This document shows positions 45,595 through 55,861 of a stretch of 64,000 nucleotides of DNA, in pieces. The notes under the pieces were generated by a model. It saw only the letters and a list, made by a program, of their open reading frames with translations, was not told the origin of the DNA and did not search any database. Where the stretch lies: contig OZ241875.1 of assembly GCA_965203325.1 (NCBI GenBank), positions 2,816,001-2,880,000 of the forward strand, in the 5' to 3' direction. The stretch comes from a bacterium (GTDB taxonomy: Bacteria > UBA8248). Positions within the stretch are counted from its first letter, which is position 1; each line of letters starts with the position of its first letter. A program made the translations under genes and the position numbers.

Positions 45595-46535
45595 GCGCGC
45601 GCGCCTCCCGCCGCAACGGGCGTTTCGGTGGCCTTTAAGGCGAAGGGGCCGCCTTTATTGAGACGAAGGGCCACGACGAGTGAGGCCGCGAAGAGCATCG
45701 CGCCCACCAAGACGTGGGTGGAGGTGACAGCGATGATGAGTCCGGGAGTGAAGGCCTCGCCCATGGCGGCGTATTTGCCGATCCACGAAGCAAATCCGAG
45801 CGCAAGCTGGACGAGCAGCAAGACCCACAGGAAGTTCGCCTCTTTGGCGAGCGCGCCCGGATTCGGTAGCTTCAGTATCTTGTAAGAGAGCAGGATGACG
45901 TGGATGGTGCTCAACGCCGCGAAGAGCAGATGGGCGTCGAGCCTGTTCCCGGTGTGGCGCAGCACCGCGCCGAAGATGATCTGGACGTAGAGCAGAAAGA
46001 CCGTGATGAGACTCAGCCTGGCCAGCCGTCTGTCGTCAACGGTGTCTGCCTCCTCATGCCAGCCTCGTGAGGTAAACAGCGCCAAACTCACCATGAGGCC
46101 GAAGAAAACCTGCGCGACGCAGGCATGGACGATGGCCAGATTGAGCTTGATGAGCACAACCCGCATGCCGCCGAGCACGCCCTGTAAAATCACCAGACCG
46201 ACCGCGAACGCACCCAGCCGGCGCATCCATTTCCGCTCATCGGTTTTCCAGATGGCGGCGGCCGTCAGGATGGTGAGGATCCCCACCAGCGAGCCGAGCA
46301 GGCGGTGGGAGTGTTCGATGAAGACGCCGCCCACCATCTTCGACCAGGGAAATAAGAACATGTTGTAGCCGAACGTGGTGGGCCAGTCGGGAACGGCGAG
46401 ACCCGAACCCGTGCTCGTCACCAGACCGCCGGCGAGGATGAGTACGACGGTGAAGACGCAGGTCAGCAGGGCGAAACGATGGGGCCAGCCTCCCCCTTTC
46501 ACGGCGGGAAGGCCGGCACGGCGGTCAGATGCCAT
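45591..46535 (-). CDS. ctaA: Heme A synthase (COX15/CtaA)
   Basis: GGLVTSTGSGLAVPDWP, EHSHR, QGVLGG, conserved His residues. Confidence 0.92.
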   Translation of the reverse strand: MASDRRAGLPAVKGGGWPHRFALLTCVFTVVLILAGGLVTSTGSGLAVPDWPTTFGYNMFLFPWSKMVGGVFIEHSHRLLGSLVGILTILTAAAIWKTDERKWMRRLGAFAVGLVILQGVLGGMRVVLIKLNLAIVHACVAQVFFGLMVSLALFTSRGWHEEADTVDDRRLARLSLITVFLLYVQIIFGAVLRHTGNRLDAHLLFAALSTIHVILLSYKILKLPNPGALAKEANFLWVLLLVQLALGFASWIGKYAAMGEAFTPGLIIAVTSTHVLVGAMLFAASLVVALRLNKGGPFALKATETPVAAGGARA

Positions 46536-46571
46536 GCGCGTTCTCTCCCGGGGTAGTTTGCGTCGGCGGCG

Positions 46572-48545
46572 CTAGTGGCCGGCTTCGGCGTACTTGGGAT
46601 CGATGGCTTCGGTCTGCGGCGCCCAGTCCGCTTCCTCGCCGGGGACGCTGTACTCATAGGGTCCGCGCTGGACCACCGGCAGCGTGGGGCCGAAGTTCCC
46701 GTGCGGCGCCGGCGTAGGCGCCACCCACTCGAGCGTGTTGGCGTCCCAGGGATTCTGGGGCGCGTCGGCTCCCAGCGGAGCCATGTTCTTCTCGAGATAG
46801 CGGTAGATCCAGGCCGCGAGCGCGATGGCGACAATCGTGCCCACGATGCGCCCGCCCATCGAGAGTTCGGGCTCCATCATGCCCTCGAACAACACCGCCA
46901 CGCTCTTGTAGCCGATGAAGCCGACCACGATGGCCGAGACCGCCTGGGTGAGCACGCGGAACCACTTCGCGTTCCAGCGGAAGACGGTGGCGAAGAAGTT
47001 GAATACGAAGGGAATCTGCGAGAGTCCCAGCGCCAGTGCGGAGAGGGTGATCATCACGTTGATCGGCTGCATCCCCTGCAGGAATTCATACTGCATGGGG
47101 TTGTAGATGCGCCGCATGTGGCCGCCCACGCCCAGGATGTGCATCGGGAAGAACACCATGTTGAAGAAGATGAACGTGAGCCAGAAGTGCACCTTGCCCA
47201 GCGCCTCGTCCATGGCCCTTCCGAACATTTTCGGGAACCAGTGCTGTATGCCGCCGAAGAGCGCAAAGACGCTGCCGCCGAAGATGACGTAGTGGAAATG
47301 CGCCACGATGAAGTAGGTGTCGTGGATATAGATGTCCACCACGTTCGACGCCATGAAGATGCCGCTCAGCCCGCCGATGACGAACAGGATGACGAACGCC
47401 AGGGCGTGGAGCATCGGCACGGTGAAGCGGATCGAGCCCCCCCACAGGGTGCCCAGCCAGTTGAAGGTCTTGATGGCCGATGGTATCGCGATGACGAGCG
47501 TCGTCATCATGAAGGCCGAACCAAGTGCCGGGTTCATGCCGGACTGGAACATGTGGTGGCCCCAGACGATCCAGGACAGGAAGGCGATGGCGAGCATGGC
47601 GTATACCATGGCCCGGTAGCCGAAAATCGGCTTTCTGCAGTAAACCGGCAACAACTCCGAAGCGATGCCCATGCCCGGAAGGATGAGAATGTAGACCTCC
47701 GGGTGGCCGAAGTACCAGAACAGGTGCTGCCACAGGAGGGGTTCACCCCCCTTCGCGGGATTGAAGAAGTTGGTCTCGAACACGCGGTCGAATATCATCA
47801 TCGCGCCGGCGGAACCTAAGATAGGCAGGGCCAGCAGACCCAGAATGGCGGTGACGAAGAGCGACCACACGACGAGCGGCACGCGGAACCAGGTCATGCC
47901 CTCGGTACGCATGTTGATGAGCGTCGTGATGTAGTTGATCGAGCCCATGAGCGAGGAGAAACTGAGCACGAACAGACTTAGCGCCCATAACGTCTGCCCC
48001 ATGAAGACGCCGGTGTATTCAGGCACGGTGGATAACGGCGCGTAGCCGGTCCAGCCGGAAGCGGCGTGTCCTCCCTCGACGAAAAATCCGGCGGTCATGA
48101 TGACGGCGCCCAGAACGGCGACCCAGAACGAGAGCATGTTGAGCAGCGGGAACGCCATGTCGCGCGCCCCGATCATCAGCGGGATGAGGAAGTTGCCGAA
48201 ACAGCCCACCAGAATCGGCATCACGACGAGGAACACCATGATCGTCGCGTGCATGGTGACCGCCATGTTGTAGAAGTTCGGCGTGACGTAGCCCTCGGGC
48301 ATGCCCTCGCTCTCGTCCGATATCCACTCGAAGCCCCAGACCTGGGTCTCCGGCCAGGCGAGCTGCCAGCGGAAGATCAGGGCGAGAATTCCGCCGACGA
48401 CCATCATGATGAGGCCGAGCCAGAGGAACTGCCTGGCGATCATCTTGTGGTCCAGCGAGAAGACGTATGTGCTCCAGAACCCACCCTCGTGGTGGTCGTG
48501 AGCGCCGTGTGCGTCTGCCGTGGTTTCGCTCATGGTTTCCTGCAT
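46572..48545 (-). CDS. ctaD: Cytochrome c oxidase subunit I, type A1
   Basis: DHKMI, TMHATIM, FGHPEVY, WGHHMF, HDTYFIVAHFHY, MRR. Confidence 0.96.
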   Translation of the reverse strand: MQETMSETTADAHGAHDHHEGGFWSTYVFSLDHKMIARQFLWLGLIMMVVGGILALIFRWQLAWPETQVWGFEWISDESEGMPEGYVTPNFYNMAVTMHATIMVFLVVMPILVGCFGNFLIPLMIGARDMAFPLLNMLSFWVAVLGAVIMTAGFFVEGGHAASGWTGYAPLSTVPEYTGVFMGQTLWALSLFVLSFSSLMGSINYITTLINMRTEGMTWFRVPLVVWSLFVTAILGLLALPILGSAGAMMIFDRVFETNFFNPAKGGEPLLWQHLFWYFGHPEVYILILPGMGIASELLPVYCRKPIFGYRAMVYAMLAIAFLSWIVWGHHMFQSGMNPALGSAFMMTTLVIAIPSAIKTFNWLGTLWGGSIRFTVPMLHALAFVILFVIGGLSGIFMASNVVDIYIHDTYFIVAHFHYVIFGGSVFALFGGIQHWFPKMFGRAMDEALGKVHFWLTFIFFNMVFFPMHILGVGGHMRRIYNPMQYEFLQGMQPINVMITLSALALGLSQIPFVFNFFATVFRWNAKWFRVLTQAVSAIVVGFIGYKSVAVLFEGMMEPELSMGGRIVGTIVAIALAAWIYRYLEKNMAPLGADAPQNPWDANTLEWVAPTPAPHGNFGPTLPVVQRGPYEYSVPGEEADWAPQTEAIDPKYAEAGH

Positions 48546-48635
48546 CCCTCGTAAGTTTGGTTTATCGGAGGAAAACTCCCGCCGATACGTTCAAAATATG
48601 AAAGAGGGTGCGCGCACCCTCGTGAATACGGTCGT

Positions 48636-49304
48636 TTACTTGTCCTTCTCCTCCCAGGCCTTCTTTCGCCACTTCGCGTAGTCCGCCTCGGAGTGGACGA
48701 TGAGTTCCCCGTTCATGCCCGAATGCCCGAAGCCGCAAAGCTCCGCGCAGGGAATCTCGTATTTGCCCACCTTGGTCGGCGTGAACCACAGCGGAATCGT
48801 GCGGCCGGGCACCACGTCCTGTTTCATGCGGGTCTGGGGAATGAAGAAGCTGTGGATGACGTCCGCGCCCTTGAGCGAGATGAACACCTGCTTATTGACG
48901 GGGACGTTCAACTGATTGTCGAGCACGAGGTCGTCCTTGGTGCCGAACTTCCTGTCGTCTCCGGGATAGCGGACGATCCAGTTGAACTGTTTGCCGGTCA
49001 CCTCCACGCGAACGTGGGGGTTCTGGGGGATCGCCAGCTTGAGCTTCGCCCATGAGGTTTGCGTCATTAGGACGAAGACGAGCAGGATGAAGGTGGGGAT
49101 CACCGTCCAGAGGATCTCCAGCGTGTTGTTGCCGTGCGTGTATTTCGCCTTCACGCCCGGCTTGGCGCGGTATTTGATGATGAAATACGCCATGACGACG
49201 GCGACGGCGATGAAGACGACCACTGTCAGGTAATAGGAGATATAGAAGAGAAAATCGATTTCCTCTCCTTCGATGGAGATGTTCTCCGGGAGCCAACTCA
49301 TCAT
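48636..49304 (-). CDS. ctaC: Cytochrome c oxidase subunit II (CuA)
   Basis: LEILWT, QFNW, DVIHSF, CAELCGFGHSGM; start at ATG 49304 (GGAGGA RBS). Confidence 0.95.
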   Translation of the reverse strand: MMSWLPENISIEGEEIDFLFYISYYLTVVVFIAVAVVMAYFIIKYRAKPGVKAKYTHGNNTLEILWTVIPTFILLVFVLMTQTSWAKLKLAIPQNPHVRVEVTGKQFNWIVRYPGDDRKFGTKDDLVLDNQLNVPVNKQVFISLKGADVIHSFFIPQTRMKQDVVPGRTIPLWFTPTKVGKYEIPCAELCGFGHSGMNGELIVHSEADYAKWRKKAWEEKDK

Positions 49305-49487
49305 GATGAAGCGTATCCTCCGGGCCATGCAGCGTGAAGGCGGAGCGGAAGCGCTCCCCCGATAACCGCGAAAATTATATGGTTTTCTTATAACCGCAGA
49401 GGGAGTCTAAAGGATAAGCGAGAGAGTTTTCAAGCGCGCGCAGGAAAATAATTTGCATTAAAGGCGGGGGTAGTTTCCCCGTTTTGT

Positions 49488-49517
49488 TTGCAAGATGCGC
49501 GTCTTGCGGGCTATAAA
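49488..49517 (+). promoter_or_regulatory. Putative sigma70 promoter of the tRNA
   Basis: TTGCAA-N18-TATAAA 8 bp before the tRNA. Confidence 0.5.
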
Positions 49518-49525
49518 GAAAGAGC

Positions 49526-49602
<77 letters not shown>

Positions 49603-49614
49603 CCGGACACGAGA

Positions 49615-49641
49615 GCCGGGGCCTTGCGGCCCCGGCCTTTT
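49615..49641 (+). terminator. Rho-independent terminator after the tRNA
   Basis: GCCGGGGCC-TTGC-GGCCCCGGC followed by CTTTT. Confidence 0.7.
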
Positions 49642-50144
49642 GCTTCGGATTACTCCTTTGGTTCCCAATGCTCCCAAAAATCTCTTATTGCAGAATGTCT
49701 CTACAATATCTCTGTATTCTTCATCGCCCCGGCGTGCGCCCTACGCTGGTCTCTGGCCTCGCCCCCTTCGCCAGTGAAGGATTTTCACCAAATCCGCCTG
49801 AGAACCAAAGGCCGCTCCCCGGGAAATCCTCCACCGGCCACCCCCTCGCGAGAGGATTGTTTTTACTGGAAATAACGCTATATGGAGGATTCCGGGGTAA
49901 TGCCCCGTTTTTTTATGTTTTGCATTTTGTTACGGAAGGGTTACAATACGGGATATATGCAAGAACGTATTTATATATGCGCCAATAAAAATTTCGCCCT
50001 GTGGATGTTCGGTGTTTTCATCAAGTAGGGAGGAATCTTTATCGGAGGATGCTCAATGTTTGCGGCGCGGGATGTGACTCCTGACTCCCGCGTTCAGGAT
50101 GTGCGGCATATTGGGTTGTTTCCTATCAATAAGGAGGCGCTTGT

Positions 50145-52118
50145 ATGAATGCGAAGATCTTCTGGCTATTCGCCTTCGTCGTGCTCTATTGGGCCTACTG
50201 CATTTTCTGGGGCATCAAGTGCGCGAGGATGGCGAGAACGGCCGGCGACTATTTCATTGCGGGTCGCCAGCTATCCATGTGGGTGTTCGTCCTGGCGGCG
50301 ACGGCGACGTCGTTTTCCGGGTGGACGTTCATGGGACACCCGGGACTCATCTATCGAGACGGGTTCCAGTACGCCTACGCTTCGTTCTACACCATCACCA
50401 TTCCCTTTACCGGGGTGATATTCCTGAAGCGCCAGTGGATGCTGGGCAAACGCTACGGATACGTCACGCCCGGTGAAATGTTCGCCGACTACTTCCAGGG
50501 CGACGCCATCCGCATCCTCACGGTGATCGTGGCCATGTTGTTCTCGATTCCCTACCTCGGCGTTCAGCTCGGGGCCTCGGGCTTCTTGTTCAACGTGCTG
50601 ACCGACGGCGCATTCAGCGTAAACGTGGGCATGTGGCTGCTCTCGGCCGTCGTGCTCATCTACGTGGCAGCCGGGGGTCTGCGCGCCGTGGCCTACGTGG
50701 ATACGCTCCAGTGCATTCTGCTTGCGCTGGGCATCGTGATCACCGGCTTTATCGCGCTGAGCATCGCCGGCGGATGGGGCGCGCTGAACGAAGGCCTCGC
50801 CAAGCTGGCGGCCTCCCCGGTGGGCAAGTGGGGAACGACGAAAGGATACGGTGGTGGCGACTACAACGCCTATTTCGCCATCCCTGGCGTCATCCAGTTC
50901 ACGGCCGGCCTGGGCAAGCAGACGCCCGTGGGTGGTCTGTGGACGGGCATCATGTGCCTGACCTACATGTTCGCGCTCATGGGGATTCAGTCTTCCCCGG
51001 CGTTCTCCATGTGGGCGTTCTCGAACAACAACCCGCGCCCCTTCGCGCCCCAGCAGGTCTGGGCGTCTTCGGCGGGCATCGGGTTCATCCTGTTCTTCTT
51101 CACCGCGTCCCAGGGAATGGGCGCGCACCTTCTCGGCGCGAACCCGGCGGTGACCAAAGCGGGACTTGCGATATCGGACGTGCTGGCCGCGTCCATTGCG
51201 AAAAAGCCCGACTCGCTGGTTCCGTATTATTTCAACTACATTGCGGATGCGGCGCCGTGGCTGGTCGGACTCCTGGCCGTCTGCGCCCTGGCCGCCATGC
51301 AGTCTACGGGTGCGGCGTACATGTCCACGGCGGGCGGCATGCTTACCCGCGATCTCTACAAGAGATATCTGAACCCCGGCGCCTCGCATGAAACCCAGAA
51401 GGTGGCGGGACGGATAGGCGTTTTGATCATCGTGGTCTCTGCGCTCCTTGTGGCGACGTTCTCGAGAGACGCGCTCGTGTTGCTTGGAGGACTCGCCGTC
51501 GCCTTCGGCTTCCAGATGTGGCCGGCGCTGGCGGCGGTGTGCTGGATGCCGAAAATCACGAGGCAAGGCGCCACGTGGGGTTTGGCGGCCGGTCTTTTGG
51601 CCGTCATCTTCACGGAGAACTTCGGCCTCACCATTCTCAAGGGAATCGGCATCGACGTCTGGGGCCGCTGGCCGTGGACGATTCACTCCGCCGGCTGGGG
51701 CATCATCTTCAACGTGGCGGTCTGCTGGATCGTCTCTGCGCAAACGCAGGACGCGGCGGCGGCGGCGCACCGGCAGAAGTATCACGACTTCCTGGCCGAG
51801 CACGCTTCGCTCTCGCCGGAGAAACAGGGCCTCGTCCCCATGGCGTGGGGCGTTACGCTGGCCTGGATGTTCTTCGGCATCGGCCCGGGCGCCGTTATCG
51901 GCAACTGGATTTTCGGCGCCCCGAACGCTGGTTACGCGGCATGGACTTTCGGCATACCCTCCATTTGGGCCTGGCAGATTCTATTCTGGGCCCTTGGCGT
52001 CGGCATGATGTGGCTGCTCGCCTACAAGATGGAGATGTCGACGGTGCCCGAAACGGAGATCGAGGCGCTCGTGGAGGACATCGGCGACGTGGCCGCGCAG
52101 CAGGCGGGATCGTCCTAG
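50145..52118 (+). CDS. Sodium:solute symporter (SSS) family transporter
   Basis: DYFIAGR, ATSFSGWTFMGHPG, GGLRAVAYVDTLQ, AAMQST; many TM helices; TAAGGAGG RBS. Confidence 0.93.
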   Translation: MNAKIFWLFAFVVLYWAYCIFWGIKCARMARTAGDYFIAGRQLSMWVFVLAATATSFSGWTFMGHPGLIYRDGFQYAYASFYTITIPFTGVIFLKRQWMLGKRYGYVTPGEMFADYFQGDAIRILTVIVAMLFSIPYLGVQLGASGFLFNVLTDGAFSVNVGMWLLSAVVLIYVAAGGLRAVAYVDTLQCILLALGIVITGFIALSIAGGWGALNEGLAKLAASPVGKWGTTKGYGGGDYNAYFAIPGVIQFTAGLGKQTPVGGLWTGIMCLTYMFALMGIQSSPAFSMWAFSNNNPRPFAPQQVWASSAGIGFILFFFTASQGMGAHLLGANPAVTKAGLAISDVLAASIAKKPDSLVPYYFNYIADAAPWLVGLLAVCALAAMQSTGAAYMSTAGGMLTRDLYKRYLNPGASHETQKVAGRIGVLIIVVSALLVATFSRDALVLLGGLAVAFGFQMWPALAAVCWMPKITRQGATWGLAAGLLAVIFTENFGLTILKGIGIDVWGRWPWTIHSAGWGIIFNVAVCWIVSAQTQDAAAAAHRQKYHDFLAEHASLSPEKQGLVPMAWGVTLAWMFFGIGPGAVIGNWIFGAPNAGYAAWTFGIPSIWAWQILFWALGVGMMWLLAYKMEMSTVPETEIEALVEDIGDVAAQQAGSS

Positions 52119-52148
52119 ACGAGACCGCAATGATGTAGGTATTACTAT

Positions 52149-52187
52149 GCGGGGGAGGGGTATGTGTCCCTCCCCCGCGTTGTTTTT
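52149..52187 (+). terminator. Rho-independent terminator
   Basis: GCGGGGGAGGG...CCCTCCCCCGC then GTTGTTTTT. Confidence 0.7.
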
Positions 52188-52213
52188 CCGCCGCCCTGAT
52201 GGCTGAACGACCG

Positions 52214-52447
52214 ATGGCTGAACTGTTCACCGCAAAATACATGCTGCTATGGGTTCTCGCGCTGGCCGCCGCTCTCTTTCTGCCCGTGCGCCAGCTCATC
52301 TGGGTTCTCTACGTCAGGCGGGCGGAGAGAGACGGTTCCGAAACCTCGGGCGAGGAACGCCTCGCACTCAAAAATCGCGCCGGAATGACGGCGATGCTGC
52401 TCTGCTTCGTTTTCTCCTATTTCTATATGAACCATCTTTTCAGGTAG
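52214..52447 (+). CDS. Small two-TM hypothetical protein
   Basis: Two hydrophobic helices separated by a charged loop. Confidence 0.6.
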   Translation: MAELFTAKYMLLWVLALAAALFLPVRQLIWVLYVRRAERDGSETSGEERLALKNRAGMTAMLLCFVFSYFYMNHLFR

Positions 52448-52452
52448 CCCTG

Positions 52453-53064
52453 ATGAATCCGCGCGTGCTCAAGCGCTTCATCAAGAATATGGCGATACTC
52501 ATTTTCGTCATGTTCTCCGCGTGGGCGCTGTGGGAGATGTACGCCAAGGAAGCGCCGGGGGATTACGCCACCAGGGAGGGCGACATCCGGCTCACTGAGG
52601 GGAACTACGAGGAGGCGCTCGCGAGCTTCAACCGGGCGCTGCGCGAGCGGCCCAACCACCGGGGCGCGCTGATGGGCCGCGCGCTGGTGTACATCAAGAC
52701 GAAGCAATACGAGGAGGCTTTGGCCGAACTCACCTATCTCATCGACTATCTCAGAAAAAATCTCGAACCCGACGACCCGACAGGCGCAGGCGTCATGGCG
52801 GCGGCATACGCCAACCGGGGCATCGTCCACGACACGAAGGGCCGCTACAAGGAAGCGCTTGCCGATTACATCGAAGCGCTCAGGACCGACGAGGGAGCGC
52901 TGGACGGGCCCGGAATCATCGACAAGGTGATCTACGGCACGCCGAACCCGTCCACGGTGCGAGATCGAGCGATTTATCTAAAGGAACAACTCGCCCTCCC
53001 GCCGGAAAAACGCCTGCTGCGCGTACCGGAGATCGACGCGGCGCAGCGGATGCACAAACCCTGA
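52453..53064 (+). CDS. Membrane-anchored tetratricopeptide repeat protein
   Basis: N-terminal TM; YEEALASFNRAL, ALMGRALVY, AYANRGIV...YKEALADY. Confidence 0.85.
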   Translation: MNPRVLKRFIKNMAILIFVMFSAWALWEMYAKEAPGDYATREGDIRLTEGNYEEALASFNRALRERPNHRGALMGRALVYIKTKQYEEALAELTYLIDYLRKNLEPDDPTGAGVMAAAYANRGIVHDTKGRYKEALADYIEALRTDEGALDGPGIIDKVIYGTPNPSTVRDRAIYLKEQLALPPEKRLLRVPEIDAAQRMHKP

Positions 53065-53107
53065 AGTCTATACGGAAACGATTTGGCGATTCAGCGGGCG
53101 TGACGCT

Positions 53108-53308
53108 CTAGAAACGCACGATGCCGAGCACGTCCTGGAACAGGACCAGAAAGAAGAATACCGCGGCGATGCAGCCGAAGAGCAGGTGGACGAAATCGGC
53201 TCCCCCGTCGGGGTTTTTCGTGCGGATGGCCTTGATGGCGATGAAACCCGTGACGAACAAGAAGATGAAGTTCACGGCTTGCTGGTTCTCGCCTGCGAAA
53301 TCGAACAT
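53108..53308 (-). CDS. Small two-TM hypothetical protein
   Basis: Two hydrophobic helices; GAGG before ATG. Confidence 0.6.
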   Translation of the reverse strand: MFDFAGENQQAVNFIFLFVTGFIAIKAIRTKNPDGGADFVHLLFGCIAAVFFFLVLFQDVLGIVRF

Positions 53309-53339
53309 GACCAACCTCGGCTTGGAAGTTTAATCCACG

Positions 53340-53855
53340 CTATCTGTTGTAGCGGCCCGGCACCAGGGATGTATCCTCTATATTGCGTTCCTTCTCCGTC
53401 CCCTTTATTTCTTTTTTCTCGAAGTAGGGCGGCAGGAAAGAGGTGCTCTCCCCGGCGACGAGGTGACTCAGCCAGACGATGCCGGTCATGATCGACACCA
53501 TGAGGGTGGCGGTCACGATGAAGCGCTTGATGTCAGCGGGGAGTTTTTTGCCGTAATCCTTGTCGTACCTGTGATAGGCGGGATCATTCTCATCCAGCTC
53601 ACCCTGTTTATCGAGAGCCAGTATCTGGTGCGCATGGCGGCGCGCCCAGAAGGGCACTTGATCGTAAAGCATATAGGCCATGAAGAGTTGATTGATGAGT
53701 TCTTCTGACATCTCCTCGCCGTACCATTCACTGTAGGCGAGTTGGAGGAACTGGAACTCTCCCACCTGCAGCAGATTCGCCGCCTTGGCGACTTCGGCGC
53801 GCTGGGCGCTTTCCTCCCGATCGGGACGGATGAGCGTCTGAAAGAAAGTAACCAT
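53340..53855 (-). CDS. Hypothetical protein with one TM helix
   Basis: GAGGA RBS, natural composition, GEFQFLQLAY...VPFWARR. Confidence 0.65.
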   Translation of the reverse strand: MVTFFQTLIRPDREESAQRAEVAKAANLLQVGEFQFLQLAYSEWYGEEMSEELINQLFMAYMLYDQVPFWARRHAHQILALDKQGELDENDPAYHRYDKDYGKKLPADIKRFIVTATLMVSIMTGIVWLSHLVAGESTSFLPPYFEKKEIKGTEKERNIEDTSLVPGRYNR

Positions 53856-54017
53856 GTCGATTCCTCGACAAATTGAGTTCCCAGCGGCATTTGCGTTGAA
53901 GACCGAAGATGCACCGCCAGCCTAAGCCCTTTACCGGCCTGCGTCAATTTTGCGTTTGGAGGGAGATTTTCGCACAAAAGAACGTGCCCGGCGATAGCCA
54001 TCGTGTTGGATGATGTG

Positions 54018-55634
54018 CTACTTGACGGCCTCTTTTTTTGTTTCCTCGACTTCCTGTGGAAAGAGCGCGGCGTGGGTCTCCTCGAAAAGATGTTTCCCCA
54101 CGGCGAGTTGCATGGTGGCGGGCATGACCTTTTTCGCCAACCTGATCATTTGCGTGGATTTATCGCGAATGTCCCACTGGGCGTGGGGGTCTTCCCTGAG
54201 CCTCGATACGTGGTAGAGCTCGCGCGCGTTCGATGAGAACAGTACGCGCCGTTTGTGCGCGTTCGTGAGCACGTAGGGGGCGGCCAGCAGGGTTTGCCCG
54301 GCGATTTTCTCGTACGCGGCGTTGGTTTCATCCACGGTTGCCTGAAACTCGGGCGCTGCGCCCGCCTCGGGGATAGCCGAGGGCACCGTCACGCCCAATG
54401 TGATGTCATAGGGCTGGGTGTTCAGAGTAGACATGCGGTGGCGTTTTAACTGCCCGAAACACGCGGCGGAGAGCGTCACCTCGAACACGCAGCGCACGTT
54501 CTCGAATTCGCGGAGCACGGCGTCGTGTCCGCGCATGAGACGGAACGTAGAGGCGATGAAGCGCGCGCGCTCATCCTCGCTCATCTCCTTGGCCGCCGCC
54601 TTACAATGCGACATTGTTTTCCCTGAGGATGAATGGAGGAGCGCCGCGGCGATGAGCGCATCCGCGTCCGGGGTGACGTCGATCAAGGAGACGTCTTTCT
54701 CTTCGGCGATGGGCGGAACCGGCTCGGTCTCCTCGTCCACTCGCCCCAAGACGTCGGAGGCCGCCTCGCGAAGTGCCGCCCGGGTGTGGGTGTTGTATTC
54801 GGTGGGGTCGGTGTATTTCACCAGAGAGGGCGCGACGCCCTCGACGCACTCATACAGACGGCGCGCGTATTCCCTGATTTCCGCGAGGGGATGTGAGGCG
54901 CAGCGGCAGATGACGTGCTCGAGGCTCCTCGCGCTGAGCGTCATGCCGATTTGCGATTCGGTGGCGAAAGAGACGATGTAGCGCGCATCCTCCTTGGCCC
55001 AGCCCTCCAGCGTCTTGTGGTTTCTTTTCTTGGCGGCGAGTTCGGGGTTTTTCTCGAACACCCAGGGCCTGAGCTTCTCGTACAGCGCGTGATAGCAGGC
55101 GTTCTGGGCCTTTATCGTCTGGATGAAAAGGCTCTTCATGCCCGCTTTTTCGATTTCCTCAGGTATCACGAAATCATCTTCTAACAGGATGTAGCGCTGG
55201 CTCTTCTCGGTGTAGGCCAGGAGCCTGAATTTCTGGATCTCCTCCACCGCGTAGCGGCTCACGCCGATGACGTCGATGTTGAAGCTCGCGTGCTCGGCCA
55301 CGGAACTGTGCCCGTAGCCGAAGATGATGGTCTGGTTGCTCTTTCGCGCCTTTTCCACCTCAAGGCGCGCGATGGCGCGGAGCTCGTCAATCGGCCGCGG
55401 ATCGCGGCTGATGCGCGCGTAGGACGCGCTGATGGGCTCGGGCGTCAGGTTGTCGCGTTCGAGGAAATCGGCGGCCCTGCGCTGAAGTTCCGCCGCCTGC
55501 GCGCGCAGTTCGGCCTCGCTCATGGCGTCGAGGCGGCTCTCCTCCCAGCCGCGGGCGGCGGGCTCGATGATCTCTTTTTTCATCTGGCGGAGTACGTCGA
55601 CGTCGACGTTGTGACCGGCGAGAACGATGCGCAT
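54018..55634 (-). CDS. thyX: FAD-dependent thymidylate synthase, tandem two-domain form
   Basis: YARISR, GYGHSSVAEH, YTEKSQRY, EDARY, LKRHRM, NARELYH...LRE...AQWDIR. Confidence 0.88.
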   Translation of the reverse strand: MRIVLAGHNVDVDVLRQMKKEIIEPAARGWEESRLDAMSEAELRAQAAELQRRAADFLERDNLTPEPISASYARISRDPRPIDELRAIARLEVEKARKSNQTIIFGYGHSSVAEHASFNIDVIGVSRYAVEEIQKFRLLAYTEKSQRYILLEDDFVIPEEIEKAGMKSLFIQTIKAQNACYHALYEKLRPWVFEKNPELAAKKRNHKTLEGWAKEDARYIVSFATESQIGMTLSARSLEHVICRCASHPLAEIREYARRLYECVEGVAPSLVKYTDPTEYNTHTRAALREAASDVLGRVDEETEPVPPIAEEKDVSLIDVTPDADALIAAALLHSSSGKTMSHCKAAAKEMSEDERARFIASTFRLMRGHDAVLREFENVRCVFEVTLSAACFGQLKRHRMSTLNTQPYDITLGVTVPSAIPEAGAAPEFQATVDETNAAYEKIAGQTLLAAPYVLTNAHKRRVLFSSNARELYHVSRLREDPHAQWDIRDKSTQMIRLAKKVMPATMQLAVGKHLFEETHAALFPQEVEETKKEAVK

Positions 55635-55861
55635 GTGAAAGGCCGTTTCCCGAGCGGCGGGCGTTGCTTCTGGTTCATTGAATTTTTGGAAGCGCCATTA
55701 TGAACCTTGAGCCCTGAAAGAACAAGCGGAAAGTTTCTGGAGGGTGCCCACGCTGTGTTTGCTCTAGAGGGTTTAACTTCTTAGTTGCGGTTTTTCAAGG
55801 GTTTTGGGATGATATTTCCGATCATGGCCGCTGAAGGCGCGGCGCGCGACGCGCGCCCCTC

